Notes: generated from the sequence alone by a model not told the origin. A stretch of DNA of 64,000 nucleotides from Felis catus (GCF_018350175.1 NC_058368.1:207454001-207518000), one strand, 5' to 3'; counted from the stretch's first letter, positions 11,885-25,295 are shown. Numbers and translations: made by a program.

Positions 11885-12517
11885 GTGGTATACCAGTTAG
11901 CCCCCCTCAGGCAGGCCCATGGAATCCAACATCTTTAGTCTTCAATCAGTCTGCGTCAGTGGTCCCGGGAGCCATGATGAGTGGTCAGCCTTCAGGATTC
12001 AGTCAGCCAGTTGTTTTTACCACAAGCCCAGGTGTTCCAAGTTGGAAGCAGCCGTCATCCTTTGCAGCTTCAACTTCCCCTCCAGGCCCTGTTGTTTGGG
12101 GCCCGTCAGCCTCTGTGGCACCCAATACTTGGTCATCAACAAGCCCTTTGGGGAACCCTTTCCAGAGCAATATTTTTCCAACTTCTGCTATGTCTTCCCA
12201 GCCCCCTCCTATGCTCTCCTCTCTCCTGGTCACTCCTCCTCAACCACCTCCCAGAACTGGCCCTCCAAAGGACATCTCCAGTGATGCCTTCACTGCCTTG
12301 GACCCACTTGGGGATAAAGAAGTGAAAGAAGTGAAAGAAATGTTCAAGGACTTTCAACTTCGGCAGCCACCTGCTGTGCCTGCAAGGAAGGGAGAGCAGA
12401 CTTCCTCTGGGACTTCAAGTGCCTTCTCCAGTTATTTCAACAGCAAAGTTGGCATTCCTCAGGAGAATGCAGACCATGATGACTTTGATGCTAATCAACT
12501 GTTGAAAAAGATCAATG
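11885..12517 (+). CDS. DAB2: DAB2 coding exon (~exon 12), proline-rich region
   Basis: ttcttcag acceptor; GGIPVSPPQAGPW...VTPPQPPPR...SYFNSKVG...DFDANQLLKKIN; donor gtaagc at 12518; 633 nt. Confidence 0.96.
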
Positions 12518-13067
12518 GTAAGCTACCCACTGCTCTGCCTACTGTACCAACAAGTATTTCCACTGTCATATGGGTCCGCAGAGTCCCTTAGAAGAAACTT
12601 CCTCCACCCACCAAGAGCCTTAGTCTCGCTTTCTTTGGTAATCAGTGGTTATGGAGACAACTTGACCAGTTACTTATGGAAGGAACTCTTTACCTTGGCT
12701 CTTTCTAAGGGCTGGCCCAATGCTGCCCTCTTGTGACAATCCCTAAAAGGGCTGCCAAGAACTATTGAAATTCAGTGGGTTGTGGTACCTGGAAGGCTGT
12801 AAAACAGAGCCTCAGCCATACTACACGGCCTTAAGTGAGGGAATTCTGAATCTCTTCCACTTCAGGTCAATACGCACAGCCTCCTCTTGTGATGAATTTG
12901 CCTGTAATAATCACTGGGAGTCCTAGTATTTCGTGGTGATTTTTGTTCCATGATGTAAATTTCAAAAGTATGGAACTTTAATTTCTAAGATAAGCTTGAC
13001 TGGGGGACTTTTGCCTATATTTGGGGAGAGATTTTCTACTGACTACTTGGCATTTTTTCCTTTCTAG

Positions 13068-13177
13068 AACCACCAAAGTCGGTTCCCAGACAGGGTTCCC
13101 TGCCAGTTACCAAATCTGCTGACAATGCATTTGAGAACCCTTTCTCTAAAGATTCTTTCAGTTCATCACAAGCCTCT
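13068..13177 (+). CDS. DAB2: DAB2 coding exon (~exon 13)
   Basis: tttctag acceptor; EPPKSVPRQGSLPVTKSADNAFENPFSKDSFSSSQAS; donor gtaagt at 13178. Confidence 0.94.
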
Positions 13178-13787
13178 GTAAGTATCAATTACTAGAAGCT
13201 GTTGCTCCAAAGTACGTGCCACCTAGAGCTACTGTGTTGTAAATTAACCTTGTTTGAATAGTAACTCTTTGATGGTAAAGGATATTTAAATAAGCTTTGC
13301 CATTGAGAACCATCACAGTGAAAACCTCCACTCAAACTGGGGAGAGATTATGTTTCCAGGGGCTACTATCCTGAGCTTGAGAAATGAGCATTATATAGAA
13401 AATGTCTTTTGTATCTCACTTAGCCTAGCTCATAAAAGCACTGTGGGAGAAAATTGAGCAAAATAATACTATCTTTAAAAATCTTTCAAAGATTTAAGTT
13501 CCTGATTTCCCACCCACAATCTTTATCTCATAACAACAGTACCTTTCATTTGGGAGAGGCAGACATAATTCATCTGAACTTTAACACCAGTATAAATAAT
13601 AAATATGCGTCACCAGTTAAGATCAGGCAAACACAAATCATTGTAGACCAATATAATATCTCATTTTTCTGGGACCCAAGTGATTTTTAAAGGAATTTGA
13701 GAAATCTTAATGGCAGGGGTTTTTTGTTTTTTTTTTCCTTCATAACTGTAATTAAATCCTATTGACTGAATGGTTTTATCTTCATAG

Positions 13788-13850
13788 ATGGCTTCTCAAC
13801 CCACATCTCCTGATGTATATAGGGATCCTTTTGGAAATCCTTTTGCCTAA
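13788..13850 (+). CDS. DAB2: DAB2 last coding exon (~exon 14), C-terminus
   Basis: ttcatag acceptor; MASQPTSPDVYRDPFGNPFA-TAA; exon continues 5 nt to donor gtaagt at 13856. Confidence 0.95.
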   Translation: MASQPTSPDVYRDPFGNPFA

Positions 13851-14063
13851 CTTCTGTAAGTAGAAGATCTTATTAAGTGTAAGTTTGGTAAGAAAGCATG
13901 GCACAGGGGATGAGGGTGAAATTTTAATTTTAGAATTGGTACCAGCTTAAATCTCTGTAACTTAGAAGGAATAGACATGTGAATCTGTGCTTAACTAATT
14001 CAATAATGAATAAGCTGGGCACTTAAGAAAAGAATTCTTACACACATTAAAAAACCATAATAA

Positions 14064-14196
14064 GGGAGCGCCTGGGTGACTCAGTCGGTTGAGCGTCCAA
14101 CTTCAACTCAGGTCATGATCTCACAGTCCATGAGTTCGATCCCTGTGTTGGGCTCTGTGCTGACAGCTCTGTGCCCAGAGCCTGCTTCGGATTCTG
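14064..14196 (+). mobile_element. 3'-truncated CAN-SINE
   Basis: gggagcgcctgggtgactcagtcggttgag tRNA-like head; stops before the CT-rich region and A tail. Confidence 0.85.
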
Positions 14197-15533
14197 CATA
14201 TACCACATAATACCTTTCTAGTTGTTTTTTGTTTGGTTTGGTTTTGGTTTTTTTAACCTTCATACTGAAGTGATTGCAAAGGCATTACTTTATTTCCTAT
14301 AGAAGTTTCGAAATCTGAAGACCTTTTAAGCTACAGAACAGGTCAGCTAAACAGATGTTGATCACATTTTCTGCCTTCCAAATCAATTTATTACTTTGAG
14401 AGAGGTCTCAAAGTTAGTCCAAAATAGTCTGAGGGTATCAAGTTCAAAGGTGGTGACAGCTGCCTGTATCGCCTTCAAAAGCAGCATGGGCGCAGATGAG
14501 TCTGCTGGTTGATTGTTCTCACTAGCGGACGTCATCGTAGGTAAGTTATTAGGTGTAACTACCTTAGCTGTCTTGCTGGCTCAGCATGACCCTTTCTTTA
14601 ACAAAAAGGAATGGAAGCAACTTTGTCTCATCTTAGAAGATGTAAGTTAGTGGAGGAAAGAAGGCTTGTCTGCATTTTCGAGGAGGGAGGGCATAGCTGG
14701 TAGGGGAGAACAATAAAAAAGAATGAAAGGAACCCAAACCCATTTTTTCTAGTCTTGCCCCATCCAGGTGGGACTCCTCAATTCTGTCTTGACCCATCTA
14801 GAATTTAATTATTTTAAATAGATAAATATCTTAAATCTGACACAGACAGTAAGATTGGCTTTATTTGCAATTTGGATTGTTGCCCCTCACTCACTTTCTA
14901 TAATTACAGTGTTTCTTAAAGTGCTTTTCTATAAAATCTGCTTCAGAGAACGGGCTGAGATTATTGAAAAGGCAAGTGCTTGGGCCCCACTGCAGCCCAA
15001 GGAGTCTGGTGCTAAGGAAAGGTCCATTTTAACAAGCAGCCTGGTGATTTCTAATGCCGATAGAGCAGTGCAAGATACTGAAGGGCTAGAAGTCTTAATG
15101 GAAGCTCACTCTCACCCTCCTCTCCATGGGAGGCAAACCTGGACAAACAGAAAGGAATAAACTGTGTCTGGAGTCTAGGAGGATCGTTTGCACTAAACTG
15201 AATTGACTAGAGGTCTCCCTGAATGCCCTTTCTTCCTTAGGTCATGAAAGAAGGATTATTTTGGTCAACTTGCTAAACTTACAGATTGAGTTTTGGGATG
15301 GGCGAGCAGTTATGGGAGAAAAAAGTTAATATTAGTGAACACTTGCATTAATCACTTTATTACAGGTTCCACACTTAGTATCTTATTTAAGCCTCTCACA
15401 TCAGCCCTAGGAGATCCTATTACTGATGTTTTATTTTTTTATTTTTTTTTCTATTACTGATGTTTTAAATGATGACTTCATATTTAACACATTGATATTA
15501 ACCACAGGTTTTTTCTTCTCCACACTTCTCTAG

Positions 15534-17290
15534 GAACTTGATATGCTGACTATCCAGAGGAACAAAAAGGTTGGCCTTAGTCAAGGACAAAGCTAATATC
15601 CAGACGCCTTGACCTCTGTTCTTGTTCCAGCTTTGACATATTAGCTGTTGCCTTATTTCTTGTTGCCTCTTCCACTTGTAAAATGTCTTTCACTTTCTGT
15701 TTAGATTAAAGCTAAACTGAATCTATGGCTTTAAATAAATGAAGACTTTAAATTCTCTAGCTTAATGTAAATGAAGTAGTTTCCCTATTTGAACAGTTGC
15801 CTAGTGTGTTTCTAGAACCTTCTAGAACACTCTACCATGGACCCTCTGGTTGGGAGCTGCAGCCATCACAGCTCCTCAAATGACACTGTTTTGAATACAT
15901 TTTAAAATCCTTACTGTTCCAAGTTGTTTGGGGGTTCTATTTTACTGCAAAGAACCTAAAGGTTATAGCATAACAAGGCACCTTCTTAAGTCTTGCTTCA
16001 TATCAACATTTAGAGAGAATTTTTAAAGTAAATTTGAAGCAAGTCCAACTTCTAGACACTTGGGAATCTGACACATTTAAGAACCTTTTTAAAAATATAG
16101 TTTCTCTTTCTGAAGATTATTTTCTCTCAAGGGTAAGACTGCTCTTGTTTTCCAATCTCTTGCTAGATACTGCCAATGAGGGAAAAGCATTATTTGTCTC
16201 TCCTCTCCTCTTCCCTGTGATTCTTTTTTCAGTCAGTTCTGCTCCTAGGTTCATATGGCATTACTTGCCTTTCACAAGCAACAGAGTTTTATGGGGTACA
16301 AATACCTAATGATTCATGGATCTGAAATGTCTCTGCCTTCTCAGTAATTGCTAAGCCCAGTAACTAGAACTGCAAATGGGCACAACCTTTATCCTTTCTA
16401 TGGAATAGGAGGCCATCCTCTTGAGCTGAAGTTCCAGAAGAGCAGTTAATGTTGAAGAAAAACTGAACTCAACTCAGCAATGAAAGACTGTATTCTGAAG
16501 AGTAACACATCACAAAGTTCAATGTGATTGTGCCAAACATATTAGGTGCTTATTTGGGGTCATGCTAGACCTTTATCAAGTAACTGGAAAACTTTCTTGA
16601 AGCCACAGTCTCATAGTTAGTAGGAAGATAAATGGTGGGGCAGGGGGAGAGAAGCTGTAAAACAAGTATTTGGTGTTATCATTGAAAACCTAATGTCTGC
16701 AGTACTTTTCTCCTCATAACCTTGGAAACTCTCCCAGTTCATTTCCAGTCATATTGTTAGCAAAGTTCTGAAGGATTTGTTCTTGCCAAAATGAGTTTCA
16801 CTTTGTTATGTTTATGTTGGTTTTTTCAATGTTGTCTCTTGACCCCTAATGCTCAGGTTCTTGTGGGCGTTAATCAACCATACAATGTGACCTTTAAGTA
16901 GAAGAGGAGGATGACTGCTCAAGATCTAAACAAGATGGTGGCCTCATGGACCTTTATTGATCAGCCCCAAGTAGTCCAAGCTACAGTCCTGTGGTTTTAT
17001 TTTTAATGGTAATAGCTGATTATGTACGGCATAATTTTCCATCCGGCTCCCTACTCAGTCATTATAAACACAGACCTAAAATAGTATTTTATGTGTCCAA
17101 ATACCTGAATGTGCTAAACTGGAGGCAATTATTTCTAGGTAGTTGAATTTTTGAAAGTAGAAAAATTTTGAAAGTGATGATCAGCCACACAACTGTTTTG
17201 TACATACTTATTTTCTTGTGCACTTTTTTCTGTATGCAAATAAAGCTATGAATTTACTCATTTCAATAAACTGGAATGGCAGAATCTCAT
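15534..17290 (+). other. DAB2: DAB2 terminal 3'UTR exon (~exon 15)
   Basis: Pyrimidine-rich acceptor ttctctag at 15532-15533; no obvious repeats; ends after tandem AATAAA; 3' end approximate. Confidence 0.8.
17239..17270 (+). terminator. DAB2: DAB2 distal polyadenylation signals
   Basis: AATAAA at 17239-17244 and 17265-17270, upstream TGTA motifs, downstream GT/T-rich sequence. Confidence 0.8.
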
Positions 17291-18678
17291 GTGTTACAAT
17301 CAGTTTATTCTTCTATTTGACCCCTGCTTTGAGTTGATGTATTAGAGTCAAGGTATAAAATGTATCGGTCTACAAGTGAGCAAATGTTAGTATATTCTGG
17401 ATTGTCAGGTGAAGAGAAAGTGGAAATCTGTGAAACAAGAGCATGAGTAAATTATTGTCTGCTAGCTTTCAATGCCTTATCCTCCTCTTTTAGACCTATA
17501 CATATTCTTTTCCTGGGAGTTTAATGGGAGTCTAGTGGATAAGACCTGTATCAGAACAACTTCTACTGACATCCAATATAAAAATCGTTTATTAATGAAC
17601 CCTTGATTCACACCTACCCTTTGCCTCTCCTTGTTCTTTATTCAGCCATGTTTGACCTCACCAAGACACAACTGTGTGGACTGGTCCAGGCTGGTGTAGA
17701 CCACTTGGGGAAACTTCTGTGTGTGTTGGGAAGATCCGTGATTAGACATTGTTTCGCCCTAGGACACTTTTAAACACTCTGCCCTAGTATAAAAGTTCAA
17801 GGCTCTAATTTTTTTCAAATGACCTAGATCTACTGGGAAGATGACCCCAAGGCAGGCCTTGCTCCGGTAGAGAGTCTTGATCTTAAACTTTTCTAAGGAT
17901 TAAGACAAACTTGGTAGCCGATGGGTGTCATTGACTGGTTTTTGATTATAGGTTGTTTGATATTACTGCCTTACCTTTCCCTTTAATTGAAACATTTGTT
18001 GGCTTTCTGCCAATAATGAGCAGAATATCAAAAAACAGACTCCACGAAAAGCAGCTTCCAGTAAGCCACAGATGGGCCGGAGAAGGCTGCCGATAAGAAC
18101 ATGTTGCACAAATTATCTGGCTTATCCAGATGCTCTGCAGTATGTCTAACCCACTGAGCCTTGTGTGCTGTTTCCATGTGGCTTAATCTGTAAGATCTTG
18201 CCAGTGGTTAACCCTTGGTCATGTACACAAGGGGAGGACATTCATTTCAATGCGGCAGGAACTACTGTCAGCCAAGCAGGGAGAGGTGCTCACTGAAGTG
18301 TCTTTGCAAAGTGGAAACAGACCTCTTCTTTGTACGTCTGTTTCGTAACAGTAGTATTCACACCTGTATGTCAGAAGTTCAGCTTTTACGGTGACCCTAT
18401 TATACCTGGAAGAGTGTTTCTTTTAGGCGTCTAATAGATCTAAGCTAACAGCTGAACTGTAACAGCCAGCATGACCCCAAATTCCTCACATAAATGTAGG
18501 CAATACAAAGGGAGAAGGTATTGGTTTTCTCAAGATAATCTTGCATCTATGAAGGGCTTTACCATTTGCACAACATAATTTCATTCGTTTGATATCATAA
18601 TCCTGGTGGGGAGGAGGGGTCTGTTACTGTTCCATCTCATCTGAGGATGGCATCCATGCTTTAAAAGGGTTGCAATCT

Positions 18679-18890
18679 GGGGCGCCTGGGTGGCTCAGTT
18701 GGTTAAGCGTCCGACTTTGGCTCAGGGCATGATCTCATGGTCCATGAGTTCGAGCCCCGCATCGGGCTCTGTGCTGACAGCTCAGAGCCTGGAGCCTGCT
18801 TCGGATTCTGTGTCTCCCTCTCTCTCTGACCCTCCCCCGTTCATGCTCTGTCTCTCTCTGTCTCAAAAATAAATAAACATTAAAAAAAAG
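18679..18890 (+). mobile_element. Full-length CAN-SINE with 16-bp TSD
   Basis: TSD aaaagggttgcaatct at 18663-18678 and 18891-18906. Confidence 0.96.
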
Positions 18891-20085
18891 AAAAGGGTTG
18901 CAATCTGTTCCAACTCTTGAGTGGTTTCTGTGCTATTTTATTATAAAACTGTGCATGGCGGTAAGGATATCTTTTCAGTCCGTGACTTCAAACTCCTCCA
19001 TCAAAATCTTCACGATGGTGTCTAAAGAGAGCCAAACACAGCACAGTTCTGTGTCTTCCCTGTGCTGAAAGCAGGGAGGGGGAAAGAACAGGCTAACTCA
19101 GGAGTTTGGTTGACCCTGCAATACGCTGATGAGTGAGGACTCTGACCCATGTTCCCGGAATAGGTTCAATATAAAGTCATCTAGTAAAAGACGGGAGCTC
19201 CCTAAAAGTCCCTGGTAAATATTTAAGCTATTACCATTGGGAAAAAATTGCTAAATAATAAGACATCTAATTCTTGCTGGGAAATGTTGTTTTAACTAAC
19301 GTTCTTCTGTTAAAATAGAAGACAGACTCAGTTCTAAACCGATGTGCCAAACTTAGGCACACCCCAGGCTGTAGGACAGCAGCAGCCCTGTTAACATGTC
19401 CTAATTACAGCCAGGCTGATGGCCAAGGGCCAGCCATGTGTCATCTCACCTAATGAGGGAACGAGCCCCTCATTTGCCCTTGCTTTTCTGGAATTATGTA
19501 CTTAATTACTAAACCTCCACTGTGTGCTGAAATCACACGAGTTCCAGTCTCCAAGGAGATGACAGTGGAGGCTGCTCACTGGCAAAGAAACTGAGTTTCC
19601 GCCTTGACCAAAGATGAGGCGGTTATAAAAGAAGAAAGCAACCTGACAAAGTCTCCGTGACTAAGTTTTCTTCTGATGTTACTTATGGAGTGTTCTGTCA
19701 ATTCTCTTTTCGCTTGGTTAGCTTCAGTCACTGTTATTTTACCTTAATTGTGAAATCATCGCCATTGTAAAAGTTACCTGGTGAGCTGACTGGGCTGGGG
19801 CTGAGCTGCACATGGTTCTGGGGTGTGTCTGAGGCTGCCTCTACTAGGTACCTGCTTCCACTGATTGATCGTCACAGAGCTTTTGCTTGGGGGCCGCTAA
19901 GAGGAGTTTGGGAACCCAGGAGCTAATGGAGAGGGAGGGGGAGGAGAGTGGATGGAGCCCGAGGGAGAGAAGAACGGAAAGTTGCTATGACAATTGCCTC
20001 CCCACCTCCCTCACTAGCCTAAGAGATTTGTCTAGGGCCTTGATGATGGAAATGATAGAGCTGGAGGCAGGAGGAGTTGGCTTTT

Positions 20086-20280
20086 TTTTTTTTTTTAATG
20101 TTTATTTATTTTGAGAGAGAGAGGGAAGGTCAGAGAGGGAAGGAGAGAGAGAATCCCAAGCAGACTCTGCTCTGACAGCACAGAACCGGATGCAGGACCC
20201 GAGCTCACAGACCGTGAGATCATGACCTAAGGCAAAAACAAGAGTTGGACATTTAACCTACTGGGCCACCCAGGCACCCC
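20086..20280 (-). mobile_element. CAN-SINE
   Basis: Poly-T, GA-rich segment, ends ccacccaggcacccc; flanking aggagttg duplication. Confidence 0.92.
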
Positions 20281-20804
20281 AGGAGTTGTCTTTTTTTGAT
20301 GAAAAACCCTGGGAACCTGTTTAGCCGACACGTCCATTGGTAATGAATTGGTAATCAATGGGCTACCTCAATGGAAAGGTTCACAGTGGTTAAAATCAGT
20401 AGGGGGTTATTTTTCTCACATAAAAATTCTAGATCGATGGCTGCTGGTATTGACTGAGCAGCTCAACACGGCCCTCAAGGACACAGGCTCTTTTTTAGCT
20501 TTTCACTCCAACTTTTGTAGCCTTTTGGCTTTCTGTTCTTATGTTTATTGCCTAATGGTCACAAAATGGCTGCACAGCTCCAAATATGGTGCTAGTGTTC
20601 AAGGAGGGCAGAAAAGGAAAGGGCAGTACAATTGAAGTCTGCTCCTTGTATCAGGCATTTAAGTTCTCCCTGAGACTTCCCAATTACTTCACTGTATTTC
20701 ATTGGCCAGAATTTGGTTACGTGGCCACTGCTAGGTGCAAAGGAAGCTGGGAAATCAAACTGTTAGCTTTGCCAACTTCTATAGTGAAAGTAGTTAAGGA
20801 GAGA

Positions 20805-21766
20805 TATGGTTGGCTAGTTAATTTATGGGGCCCAGGGCATAATAAAAATAGAGGATCCATTGTTCACAAACCAGGGGAAAAAAGTGTTATTAAAGACATT
20901 AATGCATATACATATCCTTTCTTCTGCAATCTCTGTTATTATGACATATTTTGTTTACTATTTAATGTTGTTTTAAGTAAAAATATAAATACATTTTTAA
21001 AGTCTTAGTGTGAATTTTATTGCTAATCTTTTGCTGGTAAGTGGGATCACTAAAATTATACAACTTGTATTTCATAACTCATACATGCATATATATTTAA
21101 CATTTGTATTTCATTCCTACCAGAACAGTAGAAATACTGCACAAAACTAACTTGACTGTTTTTAATTCACTTCTTGACACATGCACATTCTACCAGTACA
21201 CTCTACCTTTAGTTCACTAAAGACTAAAGAAAAATGGGGGAACAAAGAAATACGGGTGGTTTTATCTTTTTCTTTCCTTTGTTATTATTTTCAGCATAAA
21301 CAGATGGATAATGCAGGGAAGTGACACTAGGAAGAAAGATACAATAGTGTTTCCTGGTCATTTGTGTCTCTTTTCATGTTGGAAGTTCTGGTTCAAATGG
21401 ACATTGTGACCTCTCGGGGCTGTCACTTATGCAGTGATAGACATAACATACCTACCTTATACTCACTTTTGCTCTGAGCCACTGAACTCCCACACATCAT
21501 GGGTCCACCTGAATTCCACGTTCATGGGCAGCATAAACATTATGCACAAATGGGGTGGCATGGAAGAAGGGACACAAGGCATATTTCCTCTGCTCCTGTG
21601 CATGTTCCATTTTCCAATCAAAGTTGCTTTCAAAACAAAAGTCCAAACACAAAATTAAGAATTTCAAGGCAGCAATGATGGAGCATTAAACCCAAACCAC
21701 GGGACCTCTCCAAGTGCCTGAACACTGTCCTACTGCACAGGTCACATGCCCTTGAAACCTGCCTTG
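20805..21766 (-). mobile_element. hAT-Tip100 non-autonomous DNA transposon relic (MER45B-like)
   Basis: Both ends resemble MER45 termini as I recall them (ggctagttaatttatggggcccag...; ...actgcacaggtcacatgcccttgaaacctgccttg); ~960 bp. Confidence 0.65.
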
Positions 21767-23467
21767 GCAACAGGGCCTTGGAAATGAGTGATGAATTAGC
21801 CAATGTGTCTCCCACATGCCTGGGTGAGAGTTTAACCCAAAGTTGGCCCACCTCCAAATGCAGATCACAGCAGTCTTTGACTACATTGCACCCTCAGGGC
21901 AGAAGAGAAGCACATGCATGGAAAGCATAGTCAGCAAAGCCATTGTCAAGGTACCTTGACTAGAAGGTGTAAGCTCAAGAATGCAGAGGACTAGTTTATG
22001 TGTGTTAGTACCATGAGGATTACCAGAGACAAGACAGTTAGAAGGGGGGTGGGGAACTAACAGCCACCATACGGGAGGCCTTACTGTCGGCATAACCTAA
22101 TTGGAACTGCAAGGGATGTGCCATTTCAGCCGGAAAGATATCAGGGGGAGAACCATAGATCTCCTGAGCTCCTACCTGCAAAAGTGCTTCATGATTCTTC
22201 ATTCCTCTTCATGGCAAGACCAACGGCCAAATTTGGAAAGCAGTTGTGGGTTTGGGTCCACAGGAGCTCTTGAGCAACAACAGCAAACACCTACCCAGCA
22301 TGTACCACCCACAGACACTATTCGGAGTGTGTTACAATAAGCAATTTAATTTTCATAACAGTTCGACCACCACCATCATTTTATGGACGAAGACACTGAG
22401 GCACAAAGTTAAGGGACTGCCCAAAGTCACCCAGCTAGTAAGTGGCTGAGGTGTCCCATGTCCTGGAAGTTAACCTCAAATTCACCACGTCACCACCCTA
22501 CTGCCCCCCGAAACCGGTCCCATCACCTTTAGGTGGACTTAGTTTACATTCACCAAGATTGTATCCACTTCATGGTACTTCTCTCCTCTTATGCTTCCTG
22601 TAACCAACGTGCCTATCACGAATTGCTTATGCTTATTTTTAATTAGGCAAGTTGATCCCCCCTCTTTGGGCTTTTCAAGGCACATTTTCAGGAGTTAAGT
22701 ATCGCTTAAAAGTGTGAATTACCTAGTTGTTGTAAATGCAACACATCACTTGAACTTCACACAGTGCCTTCTGATTCAGTATTTCCCATCAGCTTAATGT
22801 AAGCTGCAGGCTGCTCACAGTGGAAGATGGGCTGAGTACTGTTCTCCCAATTTCTTCAACATCATAAATAGCAAACCATCTCGCATCAGCTCAAAGGCAG
22901 GCTAGTCGGGCATTCCACAATGAGGAACCCGCTTTCATAACAGCAATACCGTTGTATATATGTTTCACAAAATCTAACGTCCAACAGTTCCACGCTTTTA
23001 ATGAACTGGATCAAAATTATGCATTCATGACACAGTTTATTTTACACAGTACTTTTTCATTCTCTTCTTGTCAGTCATTCAGGGTTTGAAAAGCCCATCA
23101 GTGGTGATGACTTTCTTCATCTTCTAATTTGACAAACACAAACCCTTGCACTGCAGAGACTGGAAACTGACTATGTAAACACAGAGCAGAGAGATGCTTT
23201 GCAGCCCATCAACAACACACACAAAACCCCCCTGACAGGGAAAAGCACAGATCGGTAAAGAGGAAAAAATGAAGGAGATGATGCCAGACCAGAAACAAGA
23301 TTAAGTTCCTGAGTTAAGTCATCTGTAATTACCCACTGGCCCTTTCTCTAGAGAAGAAGGATTAGCAAAACATGTCTGGAGAAGAAAAAAAAGTTTGTTC
23401 TTAAACTGGGTCAAAAATTTGCTTACACTACACTCGGGCAGAAAGGGAAAAATATATCCACATTCTG

Positions 23468-23657
23468 TTTTCTTTCTTTCTTTTTTCTTTTTGTCCTTTT
23501 TTCTTTCTTCCTCCATTCCTTTCTTCCCTCTCTCCTTCCTTCCCTCCCTCCCTCCTCCTTTCCTTCCTTCCTTCCTCTTTCTTTCTTTCTTTCTTCCTTT
23601 CTTTCTTTCTTTCTTTCTTTCCTTCTTCTTTCTTTCTTTCTAGCTTTCTTTCTTTCT
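23468..23657. repeat. Polypyrimidine (CTTT/CCTT)n tract
   Basis: Direct reading. Confidence 0.95.
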
Positions 23658-25295
23658 CCAATCTGATCTTCCTCACAAGTCTCCACTCTGCTGGGTGTGA
23701 ATGGCAACATTTAGTTGGATCCTTGGACCCCTCTAAAGTACTCTATCTTGATTATGTGCCCAGTGTCTCACATTTTTTCCCTTTTTCCTGGTCTTCTCCT
23801 TGATAATGGTTAGCTTCATGAAGGAATGAGAATGTTGAGAGGGGCCTTGATCCTCAGACAGGTCCTTGTATTGTCTTCTGGTCCTTCCAGTCTCTACAGT
23901 ATATGTCTCATCTACTTGGGCATGACCTTGTGGGATCTGTAGCTAATGCTGTTGGCTGAAGAATGAGGAGTCTGTTCCCCTCCATGCAGCTGATGGGCCT
24001 ACAGAGGCCTGGTGGTTCCCCCCACGGCCTGGGCTCCCACCTTGGCCCCCCTCCCCAACACTGGACTCCAGAGATCTGCCCCCGAGTGCCTTTGCTTCTG
24101 TGCCTGACTCAGATCTAGGGTTACACTGTCCTTGATGGAGCAAACCTGCCAGCTACCCTCCTATCCCTCCTCAGAGCCAAAGGGATCTTCTCGGTATCTT
24201 CTGTGGCTCACAGCATCCAAAGAAACCTAGGAAGCCAAATAACTGTCCTTCCTCTGCCCAACCACACACCACAGCCACTTTTGTTCTGGTTTGGCTTCCC
24301 CCATACTGGGAAAGTCTGGAAGTTGCTCTCCGGGAGTTACAGATGGCAGGGAAAGAAACATCTGTCTCTGACCTCAACCCACTTACCATGCTGGCCCCAT
24401 TCCGAAGTGTGGCCTGAAAGACTACTGAGGACACTCATCTCTAGGCCGGCCTCTCCAGCCTCTTGTTCTCTCCCTCTCACAACTGCTTGGCTCCAGCTGG
24501 AGAGGCAGACTTTTCACGTCACCTGCACCATGAGCCATGCTGTCCTCACTGCTTTGAGATCCACAGGTGACCAATTGCTTATTTTCCCACCATCTCCTTC
24601 CCCGGGCAATAAGTCTCATGGTTCAGCCTTGAGGTTTCAGGACCAAGAAAACATAACTTTAAAAGAGAAAATTAAAAAGAATTTAAGATTTGCAAAGCAT
24701 CATCCCCTATTATATTTACTTGGGTTTACATGTCGTTAACTGATAAACTTGTATATAGTTTTGTCCTCAAATACTAGTTTCTTTTTGCCGAGGTTCCAAG
24801 TTTCAGAAACCAAACATGCCCGAGCCAAGTGAAATCAACCAGTCATCCAGTAATTATGACATAACCATGGAATAACTATGAAGCAACCATTATGAACCTG
24901 CTTAGCACTATGCACACTGTCAAAATACTAATGCAGTAAAAAACAAAGATGACTTCCAGATATAGAAACCAGAAAGACAGTTAATGTTGACTTATTAGCG
25001 AAACTAAGGAATATAAGAAGAGCTTCCTTGACAGGGACAGGGCAAGAATTACTTGTGTGATTTTATACACAGCAAGTTCAAATTACCATGGGCAAATCAA
25101 AGTCTACCCTGAGATTTCTTAGAAGTACTTGAAGATTGTTAAGCTTGAAAGTAACACCATTAAGTTCTGCATTTTTTGAAAAGTATCACTTTTTTATAGA
25201 TATCTATACTTCTAAAACAAGAACCCAGAAGATTCTGGTAAAGGAACTTCAACAGACCACTGTTTTGAGACTTCTAGTTTTAAACAGTAGGTTTA

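Noticed and set aside
11919..12357. Overlapping and antisense ORFs within DAB2 exons 10 and 12
   Set aside because: Expected by-products of Pro/Ser-rich coding sequence; no supporting start context or splice signals.
18690..18872. Recurring MAQSV.../SSPASGSVLTAQSLEPAS peptide family (also 42628, 51645, 53862, 59412, 62192)
   Set aside because: Chance open frames of CAN-SINE copies, not a gene family.
23319..23710. Lys/Glu/Arg-rich and Phe/Ser/Leu-rich ORFs (also 43051-43492)
   Set aside because: Translations of (CTTT)n microsatellites.
24203..24739. 178-aa intergenic ORF in a GC-richer patch
   Set aside because: Non-ATG start, no recognisable domain; cannot be supported without homology or expression data.
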